Shown in pieces: positions 51,193 through 64,000 of a stretch of 64,000 bases of DNA. The position numbers and the translations under genes are program-made. A model generated the notes under the pieces. The model worked only from the letters and a program-made list of their open reading frames with translations, was not told where the DNA came from and made no database searches. Within the stretch, counting starts at the first letter, position 1, and every line of letters starts with the position of its first letter. The stretch lies in the NCBI RefSeq assembly GCF_006345805.1, contig NC_043013.1, positions 35,340,001-35,404,000 on the forward strand, written 5' to 3'. The DNA is from Octopus sinensis (lineage: Eukaryota).

Positions 51193-52176
51193 ATAATAAT
51201 GATAATAATGGTTTCGGATTTTGACACAAGGCCAGCAATTTTGAAGGCATCAATCACATCTGCCCATTACATGACTGGTACTTATTTTTTGACTTCAGAG
51301 GAAAGAAAGGCAAGTATGCACCTGGTGGGATTTGAACTCAGGTGTAAAGCACCAAGAGAAATGCCAATAAGCATTTTGTCCCACAGGCAAATGAGTTTGC
51401 CAACCTGCCAATAATAATGATGATTATTTAAAATTTTTGGCACAAGGCCAGCAATTTTAATGGGAGGGAGTTAGCTGATACTTCTGTTCCCCTTCCTGGA
51501 CTGACATTTTATCTTAACGACCCAGGAGGGATGAAAGGCAAAGTTGCCATCAGTGGGATTCGAACCCAAAATGTAAAGAGCTTGTGAAAATACTGCAAAG
51601 TATTCCTTCAAATCTGCTTACAATTTTGCCACTCGCACCCTTGTAAAAAAACATCTGTGCTGGCACTACATGAAAGAAAGCACCTGTACTGGTGATACAT
51701 AAAAAGCACCCAGTACACTCAGTAAAGTGGTTGACATTATGAAGGGCATCCAGTCATAGAAACCTGGTCAGAACAGATGACTGGAGTCTGGTGTGGATCT
51801 CCAGCTTTGCTAGATCCTGTAAAACCATACAACCCATGCCAGCATAGAAGACAGATGTTAGATGAGGATGATGGTTTCTGATTTAGATTCAAAGCCAGTA
51901 ATTTTGAGGAAACAGGGTTAGTTAAAAGTATAGTTAATAACATAACTGGTGCTTTATTTCATTGAGCTCAAAAAGGATAATAGGCAAACTTACTCCTGGC
52001 GAAATTTGAACTTGGTTAATAATAATAATTTCTTATTGATAAGCATCCTTAAGGCTGTTAGCGAGCAGAATCATTAGGCCCCTGGGCAAAATGATTAATG
52101 GCATTTTACTTGTCTTTACATTCTGAGTTCAAATTCTGAGGAATAATGAGAAAACGCTCTACCCTAATATAAATAC

Positions 52177-52239
<63 letters not shown>

Positions 52240-52479
52240 ATATATATATATACACACATAATAAATATTAGATTTGATTTGTTCAACTGAGATCTTCACA
52301 GTTGTTCCTAAATTGGCTACAGTCTAATGACTGAAAGAAGTAAAAGATAAAAGATATACATACATACATAATATATATATATATTATATATATATATATA
52401 TGTATGTAATATATATATATATAATATAATATATATATAATATATATATGTGTGTGTATATATATATATATAATATATA

Positions 52480-52533
<54 letters not shown>

Positions 52534-52551
52534 ATATATATACGTACATGC

Positions 52552-52583
<32 letters not shown>

Positions 52584-52603
52584 GTAAGTATATACATACA
52601 TAT

Positions 52604-53250
52604 GACGAGAGATGTGTGAAGAAGTGCCACTACCAAACAGTTGAAGAAATCCAGGGTAGAGGTAGACCCAAGAAGACATGGAATGAGGTCGTCAAGCATG
52701 ACCTTTGAACGTTGGGCCTCACAGAGGCAATGACGAAAGACCAAGACCTCTGAAGATATGCTGTGACTGTGAAGACCCGACAAATGAAGTGAGTTCATGG
52801 CTTGCAGGATGGCTTGCTGTGCTAACCTTAGATTGTAGGATGACCTGCTGTGCTTGAGGAGACCTATTGAGTCAAGTACAGGAAAAGGAAATAAAAGATC
52901 AAATTGAAATTGTAGTTATGATACTCAAGCTGGTGGCACGTAAAAAACAGCGTCCGAACATGGCCGAAGCCTGTGTTGCCATGACTGGCGTTTGTGCTGG
53001 TGGCACATAAAAAGCACCAACTGATCGTGAACGTTGCCAGCGTCCTCTGGCCCCTGTGCCGGTGGCACGTAAAAAGCACCCTCTACACTCACAGAGTTGT
53101 TGATGTTAGGAAGGGCAACCAGTTTGTAGAAACACTGCCAGATCAGACTGGAGCCTGGTGCAACCTCATCGCTTCCCAGTCCCCAGTCAAACCGTCCAAC
53201 TCATGCTGGAATGGAAAACGGACAGTAAACGATGATGATGATGATGATGA
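52604..53250 (+). mobile_element. 5'-truncated RTE LINE: RT C-terminus, 3' UTR and (GAT)n tail
   Basis: [52 protein letters not shown], followed by the abundant GAT-tailed repeat. Confidence 0.85.
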
Positions 53251-53281
53251 TGATATATATATAAATAAATACGTATGCATG

Positions 53282-53316
<35 letters not shown>

Positions 53317-53813
53317 ATATGCATACATATATACATGTGTGTGTGTGTATGTGTATGTGCATGTGTGTGTAGTCTTCGTTTCTCATTGTGTTCGATGTCT
53401 TTTTGGTGTCCTGTACTCATATATGCGTGTATATGTACATGTAGAGGTAGGTACGTACATATATGTTTATATATATGCGTATGTTTTATTTATTAATATA
53501 TATATATATATGTGGGTTTGTGTGCTTGTATAAAATTTTTGAAATGTTGTTTTACTTGGATTTTAATCTGAAACAATATGTTGATGCTGTTGTTGTTATT
53601 TTACTGGAATGAGTCTTGCTGCAAAGAAACATCACACAACAGTGACCTTTCCAGTGATTTCATATTTGATAAAATTCAAAATATCAGTCGTTTTATAAAA
53701 TGAAAACAAGAAAATACAAAGTAGCTGCTAATATAAATACAACAAGACTGAACGAAGTGAACCACAACTTGTGATTGTGTTTATTAGCATTATGATCTTT
53801 TCAAAATATAACT

Positions 53814-53848
<35 letters not shown>

Positions 53849-54236
53849 GATAGATAGATAGATAGATAGATATACACACACACACATATATTTCTTGTTG
53901 TTTGTATTTGTAATTCTGTACCATGTTTTCTTTTTTTTTGCTTGTTTGTATTTTTTTTTCATCTTTGTTGCTTTACGCATTCGCTAGCTTTCTTACAAAA
54001 GGGGTCTAATGCTCTTAGCTTAGACTTTTCGGTGGGCAGCCAGATCGAACCATCTCAAGTGTAACTGTCCGAAATGGTCGTGACTTCTAGTACTTGACTG
54101 ATGAAAGACAGCCAAGAATGACCCGTCTTTTTTTGCCTGTCTTTCTAATTGTTGTTTCTCTTGCCCACCTTTGCGTTGTCTATCTGCCCGGACGTTTTAA
54201 TGGCCTCCATTGCATTTTTGATCCATTTATTATATA

Positions 54237-54283
<47 letters not shown>

Positions 54284-54559
54284 TCACACACACATACACA
54301 CACATACATACACACTTACACACAACTGCCAGCTTGTGCAGTCAAGTTCATTTTCTCACCATGTGTTATTGTTTTCATTTCCAGTGTATGAATTAGAAAG
54401 AGGACTCATATACAGCAAACGAACAACAGTAGTTACTAGTAATAGCCCACATAAATAAAAACCCTTTCAAATACTCAGAAGGCCCCCCCCCCACAAGCAG
54501 TACTCAGCAGCAATTTTTCTTTACCTGGACGACTGCATAAGCAGTGGAAGTGATTACTT

Positions 54560-54793
54560 CCACATTATGGTATTCAGAGTAAGAAGAAGGTGGAAAAGTT
54601 TCAGAAAGCTACTGTCAGTTCTCACAACAAAAGGATTCATTCTACAAGTAAAGGGCAGATTGTATGATGTGTGTGAGTAAAGGGTATTGTTGCATGGTAG
54701 TGAAACGTGATTACTGGATACATTGAATGCATGAATGTTAAAATGAATGGGGTCAAGCATGGTCTGATGGATGTGTAATATTGGTGTGGTATC
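54560..54793 (+). pseudogene. RTE RT fragment
   Basis: RVRRRWKSFRKLLSVLTTKGFILQVKGRLYDVC..LLHGSET..WMCNI; homologous to 7295-7670. Confidence 0.75.
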
Positions 54794-55227
54794 AAGGCGG
54801 CGAGCTGGCAGAAACATTAGCATGCCGGGTGAAATGCTTAGTGGTATTTCGTCTGCCGTTACGTTCTGAGTTCAAATTCCGCCGAGGTCAACTTTGCCTT
54901 TCATCCTTTCAGGGTCGATAAATTAAGTACCAGTCATGCACTGGGGTCGATGTAATCGACTTAATTCCTTTGTCTGTCCTTGTTTGTCGCCTCTGTGTGT
55001 AGCTCCTTGTGGGCAATAAAGAAATAGAAATGTTAGCACACCAGGCAAAAAGCTCAGTGGTATTTCATCTGTCTTTAAGTTCTGAATTCAAATTCCACCA
55101 AGGTCGACTTTGCCTTTCATTCTTTTGGGGTCAATAAGTTAAGTACCAGTTGTGTTATGGAGTAAATCTAATTTACTGGCCCCTCCCCCAAAATTCGTGG
55201 CTTTGTACCTAGAGTAGAAAAGAATAT
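54794..55227 (+). mobile_element. Two tandem SINE family B copies (first near-consensus)
   Basis: aaggcggcgagctggcagaaac..gagttcaaattccgccgaggtc..; the two copies have different tails. Confidence 0.9.
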
Positions 55228-55585
55228 TAGTTTGGTGTCATGTAAAAGGCACCCTCACTGGTGCCACTTAAAAAGCACTTGTGCTGGTGCAATGTAGAGG
55301 CACCATTAGCAGTGTCACATAAAAAAAACCCTGTGCTGGTCCCATGTATAAAACACTCCCCAACCCGAGTACACTCTGTAAAGTGGTTAGTGTTAGGAAG
55401 GGCATCCAGCCATAGGAACCATGGCAAAACAGACAATCGGAGACTGGACAGCTCTCCAGCTGGCCAGTCCCTGTCAAACAGGACCACAGCAAAGGTGAGA
55501 TACAATGTGCGAGTAGACCTAGAAAACCCTATGCAAGCATAGCATAAAAAAATAAAAGAAAAACAAATGTAAAATGATGACGATA

Positions 55586-55625
<40 letters not shown>

Positions 55626-55630
55626 CAGCG
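55228..55630 (+). mobile_element. RTE LINE 3' UTR fragment
   Basis: ggtgccacttaaaaagcac..gttaggaagggcatccagcc..(GAT)n. Confidence 0.7.
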
Positions 55631-56028
55631 ACGACGTTGATGAGAATGATATATGCACATATGCTTATGATAAGAAACTGACATACAGAAAGCAAAGACA
55701 ACCAGACATGCTCGTTGATAAACTCATGTTTTTTTTGTTCATTAACGTCTTTCAAGCTAGAATGCTTTTTATATTTTATTTATGTAATATTTTCTTTCAT
55801 ATTTTTCTTAAAATGTTTTAAATTCATTTATTCTATATATTTTTTTAAAAATTTTATTTTATCGCTGTTTCTCCTCTTTGCAATTTTTTTTTTTTTTTTT
55901 AGCTATTTATTCATTTTGTTTTTTTTTTTTTTGTAAGTCTATTGTTTGTCATTCTTCACAATTTAATTCAAGAAGCAATCAGTAGACACTTAAGCTGTCA
56001 AAAAACTCCTGCAACTCAACTGTTATTT

Positions 56029-56067
<39 letters not shown>

Positions 56068-57386
56068 ATTTGCAGCAGATGCAACTGTAAAACTGCACAT
56101 CTTACAAACAACTGTAAGAAAACATTTAACTGCAACAATAAATGAATGAGATGAAAGAGGGAAGATATGGAGAAAAAAAACAATAATAATAAAAGGAGCA
56201 GGTAGGAAAGCATGTATGTGTATGAGTGTGTGTGTGTGTATCTGTCAGTGAGTATGTGTGTGTGTGTGTTATTCGGGGTGTGGGTTTTTAAAAAAGGTAA
56301 GCAGTCAAGGAGTGAAAGGAGGTGGGGCCAGTTGTCGTCAAAGTGGTGATGGCAAAAATCTGTGGTGTTTGTGATGGTGGTAGTGGTGTTGGTGGTGGTA
56401 GTCGTAGGGGGAAGCAGATGGTGTTGGTGCTGGTGATGGTGGTGGTGGCAACGGTAATGATGATGGTAGTGATGCTAATGGTTATGATGATGATGGTTGT
56501 TGTCGCAATGGTAACAATGTAGTGGAGTTCATAGCCATAAATGTTGTGGTGGTGGTGGTGGTGGTGGTAGTAATGACGATGATGATGATAATGATGATGA
56601 TGATGATAATAATGATGATGGTGATGAGAATGGTGGTGATAGTGGTGTTGTTGTTGGTGTTTAAGATGATGATGACGACGACGATGGTGATGATGACGAT
56701 GATGATAATGAAGATGGTGATGATGAAGATCATGATGATGATGATGATGATGATGAGGATGATGATGATAATGACGATGTTGATAACGATAATGATGATG
56801 ATGATGATGATGATGATGATGTTAATGATGACGGTGATGATGACTGATGATGAAGATCATGGTAGTGGCGATGGCCATGGGGTTAGTGGTGGCGGGGCAG
56901 GGTAGTGTGGCAGGATGTATGGGTGTGAAGGAAGGAAGGAAGGAAGGAAGGAATGAGGAGGATAGGTGGGAGCGAGTAAATCAATTTCAAAGAATTGTCG
57001 AAAACTGAGTTAGACAGAATGACTAAAGGGATTATGAAGAACTATGACAGAGTAATCTTCAAACATGAATGGAGTTAATAAAAGTACTTCAATGGCTTTG
57101 AAATGGCACTCAAAGCCTCATTAATCCATAATCCTTCCTAATCCCTTGAAATAAACATCAGCTTATTGTACCATCAATGCATATGCACATGATACCGTTC
57201 GGTTCTGCACTGCTAGTTACATTAGCCCTTGTATAACAACTCTTCGCTAAGAATAATTTATGGAGACGCTCATTGTTTCCCATTTATTAAATGAACATCC
57301 CATGTTTGGTGTATAAACTAAAAATGAAAATAAAAATGATTAAACAAACACATAACAGATATGTACATACACTCACACATATATAC

Positions 57387-57429
<43 letters not shown>

Positions 57430-57471
57430 GTATACATAGATACAGATATATATCATTCTATATATCTATCT

Positions 57472-57549
<78 letters not shown>

Positions 57550-58087
57550 TTTGTGTGTGTGTGTGTGTGTGTAGAAAACAAAAAAACAAAGGGCAAATTT
57601 GCACAACGTTACCGCTAAGCTATTTCTTATCTCATCGCTGGAAATAATAGTATATCTTAATGAGATATCTAACTCTTGGAATTCTCATTCTCTATGATTC
57701 TTCCCCGACCAAACAGCAATTTCGATATTTTAATTTCTTTCTTTTTGCCATTCTTCATTTTCAGTGGAGTTTACTTACGTTTTCGGTTTGATTTCTTTAT
57801 TTTTCATATACATTCATTTAAAGTTTTGGTTGAATATGAAAACAAGGGTATATATTATATATTATATATATATATATATATTAATATATATATATATATT
57901 ATATATATGTATGTATGGATGTATGGATGTATATATATATAATATGTATATATGTACATATAAACACACACATATATATATACATATGCACATATATATA
58001 TATATATACGTATGCATATACATATATACGTTTATAAATGTGTGGTGTGTATATATATGTATATATATGTGTGCACATGCATGCATT

Positions 58088-58120
<33 letters not shown>

Positions 58121-58205
58121 GTATATATGTACATATAAACACACACATATATATATACATATGCACATATATATATATATATATGTAATTATATATATGA
58201 ATATG

Positions 58206-58278
<73 letters not shown>

Positions 58279-58281
<3 letters not shown>

Positions 58282-58578
58282 AATATTGCATACTGATGTG
58301 CACACGTATACTTTGATATAATTGCAGGCACATATAGGCAGACGTATACATAGGCATGCCTCAGGCATACACATGGACAGACAAAGACACACGTACACAC
58401 CCAAACATATATATACACACACACACACATAAATATTGCATACTGATGTGCACACGTATACTTTGATATAATTGCAGGCACATATAGGCAGACGTATACA
58501 TAGGCATGCCTCAGGCATACACATGGACAGACAAAGACACACGTACACACCCAAACATATATATACACACACACACAC
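58279..58578. repeat. Exact 150-bp tandem duplication
   Basis: 58279-58428 equals 58429-58578; both copies are bounded by (CA)n. Confidence 0.95.
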
Positions 58579-59344
58579 CCATATATATATATATATATAT
58601 ACATAAAACGATAAATGAATTTCATTTGATGTTGACACCAAGGAAGCAAAGGATACAGAACAAATGTTGACTTTGTAATGTCATTTATAATCCAGTTAAG
58701 CAAGTTTGTATTAGAAGAGAATGATGCTACAGTGAAGCAACTTTACACCAGCCGACCAAACTAATAATCAAACAAAAACGACAGATATTTACTATGAGAA
58801 ATATTTCTGAGTTATCTGACATAAGTGATTGATTGATTAAATATATTATAAGATAGATCTGATAAGATGTTCGCCTTTCACAAAAGCTGAGTAAGTAGGA
58901 TAATGCTTACTGTTTCTTTAACATTCCATCTAATAAAGCAGGACAAATTTGTTACTTCCTAAGAGGTAAAGTGGCAAATAAGGACATTCTGTAGCTATGT
59001 CGCAAAGCATTCTACATAGTTGATTCATATGTTAATGGTTCGATTCATAAGTTAATGGCCTGCTACAGGAATTCTTGGGTTTTCTCATGCGTCTTTACTT
59101 AAGTTCTTATCAGAATTCTAAGCTGGGAAAATGTGCATTGTTCATACTTTGAAAGAGAAGTGTTGGTTTAATTAAAGACTTTTAAATATTAGAATTAAAT
59201 ACCTTCACCAAAATCTGTGGTGTATATATATATATATGTAAACAGATAGATAGATATAGATATAAATATAGATAGATGTAAATATAGATATATATATGCA
59301 TATGCATATATACATGTGTGTGTGTATAAAGATACACACACACA

Positions 59345-59725
59345 CACACATATCATTACCATTATCATTGTTTGACATTCATTTTCCATGCTGGCAAGGG
59401 TTGAACGGTTTAACAGAAGCTGACCAGCCGAAGGGCTGTTCAGGTTATATGTCTGTTGTGGGATGGTTCCTATGGTTGGGATGCCCTTCCTAATACCAAC
59501 CACTTTACAGAGTTTTACTGTGTGCTTTTATGCAGCACTGGTATTTGTGCTTTTTTACACGACATCAGCACTTATGAACCCACAAGATTAGGGATGCTCA
59601 GCTGGAGAGGGTTGCAAGGAATGAGCCTGTATGCAAGGACAGCCATGCTTTTACTTAGCTTGAGGTGGCTTTTCAAGCACAGCAAATCACCAGGAGTCTC
59701 AGTCCCCTGTCCTCCCCTCTGCAAC
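59345..59725 (-). mobile_element. RTE LINE 3' UTR fragment
   Basis: ttttccatgctggcaagggttgaacgg..gatgcccttcctaataccaaccac..tcaagcacagcaaatc. Confidence 0.7.
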
Positions 59726-60279
59726 TCCCAACTTCTGTAGATCCCTTCTCAGAGAGAGAAAGAGAAATAAATACATCAATAGAGAGACAGATAGACAGAC
59801 AGACAGACAGACACACACACACACAGCTAGATGTATGTTCACATGCCAACCAAAACTGAATGCTCAGGTTTTGTCCCACAGCACAGCCCCTTGGGTAAGT
59901 GTCCTCTACCATAACCCAGGGGCAAGCCAAACCTCGGGAGTGGATTTTTGGCAGACAGATACTTAGTGATGCTTGTTTGCATCTCTGTGTGTGTATGGTT
60001 GTTTGTGTGTGTGTGTGTGTGTGTTTAGTCCTCATTACTCCATAAGGAGCATAGGGCTGGTAACCTGGTTTCTCTGACATATATATTCCTCCCTGGATGG
60101 GACACCAATCTGTCACAGGATTACTCATTCTTGCCAGCTATGTGGACGGGAACAATGTGAAATGAAGTGTTTCTGCTCAAGAAAAAAATATATTGCCTGG
60201 TCCAGGAATCGAAACCACAGTCTTACATTCATGAGTTTCCAACGCCCTAACCGCTAAGCCAATCACCAAGACACACACA

Positions 60280-60343
<64 letters not shown>

Positions 60344-60666
60344 CATATAAACATTCACAGAGAGAAGGAGACAGAGAAAAGGACTGGAGAGTTTGGTGCG
60401 TATATGAATTAGCTCACTAGCATAGCTAGTGGGTGGGGCGGTAGGGGTGGTCCACTCCCAGGTGGCACTTTTAAAGGGGTGCCACTTTTAGGTCTGCTGT
60501 AGGCAATATGTATTTTTTGTAGGGTCCGGGGGCAGAAAATAGAAGGGCTGCCCTAGACAGCACACACTCTAGATATTCTAGTAGAATATCTCTGGAGTAG
60601 GATTGATTAGTTTGGTAAAAAAAAACCTTAAAAGTGACCCCCCCCCAGCATGGCCACAGTCATATA

Positions 60667-60898
60667 TATTTCTTTACCACGCACAAGGGACTAAACACAG
60701 AGGGGGTAAACAAGGACAGACAAAGGGATTAAGTCAATTACATCGACACCAGTGCGTAACTGGTACTTAATTTATCTACCCTGAAAGGATGAAAGGCAAA
60801 GTCGACCTTGGCAGAATTTGAACTTGGAACGTACCGACAAATGAAATACAGCTACACATTTCGCCCGGCATGCTAATGTTTCTGCTAGCTCGCCGCGT
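60667..60898 (-). mobile_element. SINE family B, near full length
   Basis: Reverse complement of the family B consensus with the cttgtgg tail. Confidence 0.85.
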
Positions 60899-61049
60899 TA
60901 GTCACAGTCATATAACCAACACAAGTTTAATGGTAATGGAAGGGATATGGAACATTGTTAAGGTGGCATCTTTATTGGTTTGAAGTATGCAAAAGTACTT
61001 TTGCACATAGTGTATGAATATATAAGGGCATGGACCTTAAGAGGTAGAA

Positions 61050-62110
61050 AGAAACAGATTTTCAGAAAAGTATTGGCGTATACACACGGAGAGTTCAAAG
61101 ATGTTGTTTGCTACCTTCTGTAAACTGAGCTTATTGCCTGTCTCTGATCCAACAGTATCATTTGTCAAAATTTACCTCGGTGTTATAGATGGTCAGCAAA
61201 TGAATGTTAGGTTACATTTTTAATGAAAGAACCCTGATGCTTTGACAGAGCTTCTGCAATACATACAGCAAGCGTGGGAACATCTGCATATCATATATCA
61301 AATAATTTTGCAACTGTGATATGCAACATATAAATTTGGCCATTGGTTCATGTTCTACAAGAAATTACAGTGTTGCTGCTACTTCTAAAACAACAACCAT
61401 TCTCTCAGGAACCGGAGGAAAACAGTGGCGAATGATGTGATATTGTTTTATGCAAACATTAAACTGAATCTGGATTATGATTTATTGCCCTTTGTTTTCT
61501 TGTTCCCAAGAGGAGAGAAAAGTTGAGACGTGATGTGTGAATAATAACAGAAAATTTCTTCAATGCATCATAACACATACAAGATGATGCAACAAATCAA
61601 TGATTTTTGAAATGGTTTGTTAGGGAGGAAGATTATCATAAGAATACATTATCAATAGCAATTACATAGTTGGTGGAGGATGACTCCAATGGGTTCAAAA
61701 GAATCAGTGGAAATGCAGAGCAAAATGTTCTCACAGCTCGATTGACCAAATGCATAGTGACATTTCAAATGGATGGATTGGCAGTTGTGTTGCATTACCA
61801 TTTTCTTTCATTGAGGGACCTAGTTTCCACAAGAAAACATTTGGGGGACTCAATAGGCACTGCTAGGAACTGTGGAGGCCAGAGTTGCTTCATATTCTCA
61901 TGTGTTATTTAGATTCACCTCAAATTTGTTGCAGAACTTGGGTAGTATTTGCACCAAGCCATTGCAGTAGTGCTGCTAAAAACGGTATGGGTTATGGGTG
62001 AACATGACTTAACTTTAGATTTCCATAGCATTTCAGGCACAATAAATAAACAATTTGCTGAAAGCCTGAAATTTGAAGACATTGTCCTTCATTTAAAAAG
62101 CAAATTATCA
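61050..62110 (+). pseudogene. Decayed Helitron Rep domain
   Basis: Ordered motifs RNYSVAATS..DVILF..YDLLPFVFLFPRGEKS*..GRLS*EYII..G*LQWVQKNQWKCRA..VALPFSFIEGPSF..RPELLHILMCYLDSPQI match Helitron YD.LQYPLLFP.GE.GW, GRLFQQYIVD, RL.WIR.NQ..LRA, LPSSF.GGPR, KPDLFITFTCNP.WPEI. Confidence 0.7.
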
Positions 62111-62125
62111 AAACAGAAGAACTAC

Positions 62126-62405
62126 TTTATTTACATTATTTACATTTGACGGATACTTGTCCTCATCTTGTTTGTGGTTAACACAATGTTTTGGCTGATA
62201 TACCCTCCAGCCTTCATCAGGTGTCTTGGGGAAATTTTGAACCTGGGTTCTCATTCCTAAGATATTTTTCAATGTTATTATTATTATTATTGTTATTCAG
62301 GTCACTGCCTGGAATTGAACTCAGAATATGACATAGTGATTAAGAGTGCAGGCTACTAACCCCAAGATTCTGAGTTCGATTCCAAGCAGTGACATGAATA
62401 ATAAA

Positions 62406-62453
<48 letters not shown>
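62126..62453. mobile_element. tRNA-headed element with hammerhead-bearing tail (minus, 62126-62327) plus an inverted head copy (plus, 62328-62453)
   Basis: B box GAGTTC(A/G)ATTCC in both copies; minus copy continues (AAT)n..ACAC CTGATGA A GGCTG gagggtatat CAGCC AAAA CATT GTGT (62224-62181). Confidence 0.65.
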
Positions 62454-62454
<1 letters not shown>

Positions 62455-63346
62455 TCATTCTGAAAAAACATCAAACTGAAGAAAAAAAAAGTTGGGTATG
62501 TGAATGTGCCCGTGTGTGTGTGTGTTGATGCATTTGTGCCTTCTTGTCTGAATATCACAGGTATGTTGTAAATGAGTGTCCCCACCATACAAGTGGTGTC
62601 ATTTGTTTCCAGTCTTCAATGAAGATATGTCCAGTCATTGGAAAATAAAAAAACCTTGCATGGGAGCAAATGAGGGTTGATGCCACAAAGGACATCCAGC
62701 TGTAGAAAATCCACCCCCACTGAAATCCATATGACCCATACATGCATTGAATTGTAGATGCCAACATGACAATGACAATAGTGACAAGAACAACAGTAGC
62801 GATGATGGCAATGGCAATGACAGTGATGACAAAGATGCTGATGGCTTTGAGAGTGATGACTGAGTAAAACCAGAAATATTTCAATTGACTTGTAAGCATG
62901 GTACATTAATTCCATTGGCACCCACCATTTAATTTCAGTTAACTCCGTTGGTACGTCTAATCCTATTATTGTTATTTTCATGAAGTTACCCCACTAGTCA
63001 CCTCTACCTCATCCTTGTATCATCTGTTTGCCATTGCTATTGTCTCCGAGTGAGCCTTTTTCTACTTAGTATGCTGGTACTTTTTTTAATTGTAGTTGTT
63101 ACCCTGAAGTGTGACACTGGTATACTAAACAACGGAAGAACACAAGTCTTATGTTTTTTTTGTTTTTATATATCACCCAGGTTTTTTTATAGGTGTTGTT
63201 CATAAATATGCTTCCAGCCATCTGGTTTCAGGTTCAGCGGGTGGAAACTGAAAGAAATCCATCATATATATGTGTGTATGTGTGTATGTATATGTATATA
63301 TATACATGTTTGTGTGTTTGTGTGTGTATATATATGTATATGTATG

Positions 63347-63378
<32 letters not shown>

Positions 63379-63439
63379 TATATCTATTATGTATATATAT
63401 ATATGTATATATGTATGTATATCTATATCTATATATATA

Positions 63440-63640
63440 TATATACGACCGCGTGTGTACCGTTGGCGATTTTTTTCCCTCTGTCTTCCCTTCTCTGGAT
63501 CTTTCCTTCTCCTATGTTTCCGACAAAGAGCTCCGCTCAAAACGTTAAACCCTCCTTCTTTCCTTCTTTCCTGAGCGTCCAATAATACTATATTTGTTCC
63601 ACGTCCTCTCATTGTTGTGTTTTTTTGTGCTTTCTTGTTT
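63440..63640 (+). mobile_element. Penelope-like terminal repeat with decayed hammerhead (63516-63550)
   Basis: GTTT CCGACAA A GAGC TCC GCTC AAAA CGTT AAAC. Confidence 0.55.
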
Positions 63641-63659
63641 GGATTAACTTTGTATATAT

Positions 63660-63720
<61 letters not shown>

Positions 63721-63721
63721 G

Positions 63722-63995
63722 TATCTTTCACTTGTTTCAGTCATTAGACAGCAGCCATGCTGAAGCACCACCTTCAAGAGTTTTGGTCAAATTAATAGGA
63801 ATAGACCCCAGTGCTTATTGTTTTAAACCTTCTACTTATTTTATCAGTCTCTTTTATTGAACCACTGAATTACAGGGAAGTAAACACACCAACACCTGTT
63901 GTCTGGTGGTGATGGGGGAAAACACAGACACAAAGACATGCAAACATACAGAAACATATACAACGGGTCTCTTTCCCGTTTTTATCTACGATATC
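63722..63995 (-). mobile_element. SINE family A 3' portion
   Basis: cttgtttcagtcattagacagcagccatgctgaagcaccacc...; runs to the window end. Confidence 0.75.
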
Positions 63996-64000
63996 CATTT

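Noticed and set aside
54109-54150. CTGATGA as a hammerhead core
   Set aside because: A hairpin follows (AAAGACAG/CTGTCTTT) but there is no GAAA, stem III or stem I.
60413-60580. hAT-like MITE containing a CTCF-like CCCAGGTGGCAC
   Set aside because: Termini too decayed to confirm and the motif has two mismatches; not supportable.
62328-62400. Functional tRNA gene
   Set aside because: Decayed A box, no complete cloverleaf, runs into (AAT)n; it is a SINE-type head.

Overview
AT-rich, microsatellite-saturated eukaryotic DNA, most likely intronic or intergenic sequence from an Octopus-like cephalopod (inferred from the repeat families and the simple-repeat density). I found no credible host protein-coding gene. 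Nearly all ORFs in the supplied track are translations of (TA)n, (CA)n, (TAA)n, (CAT)n or minisatellites. Three tRNA-derived SINE families dominate (labelled A, B and C here). Decayed RTE, R4/Dong-like, CR1/L2-like, mariner and Helitron coding remnants are also present, along with piggyBac-, pogo- and hAT-type MITEs. The main discovery is a young tandem array of ~489-bp units at 11112-12916. Every unit carries an intact type I hammerhead ribozyme on the minus strand with an unusual 58-nt insertion in stem II, so the array looks like a retrozyme or circular-RNA-producing element. At least eight further intact or decayed hammerhead motifs from Penelope-like terminal repeats lie in the window, one of them behind a tRNA-like head. 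Also notable are a pre-miRNA-like hairpin, minisatellites born inside a MITE and a SINE, TAA-targeted non-LTR insertions, and several template-switch rearrangements.
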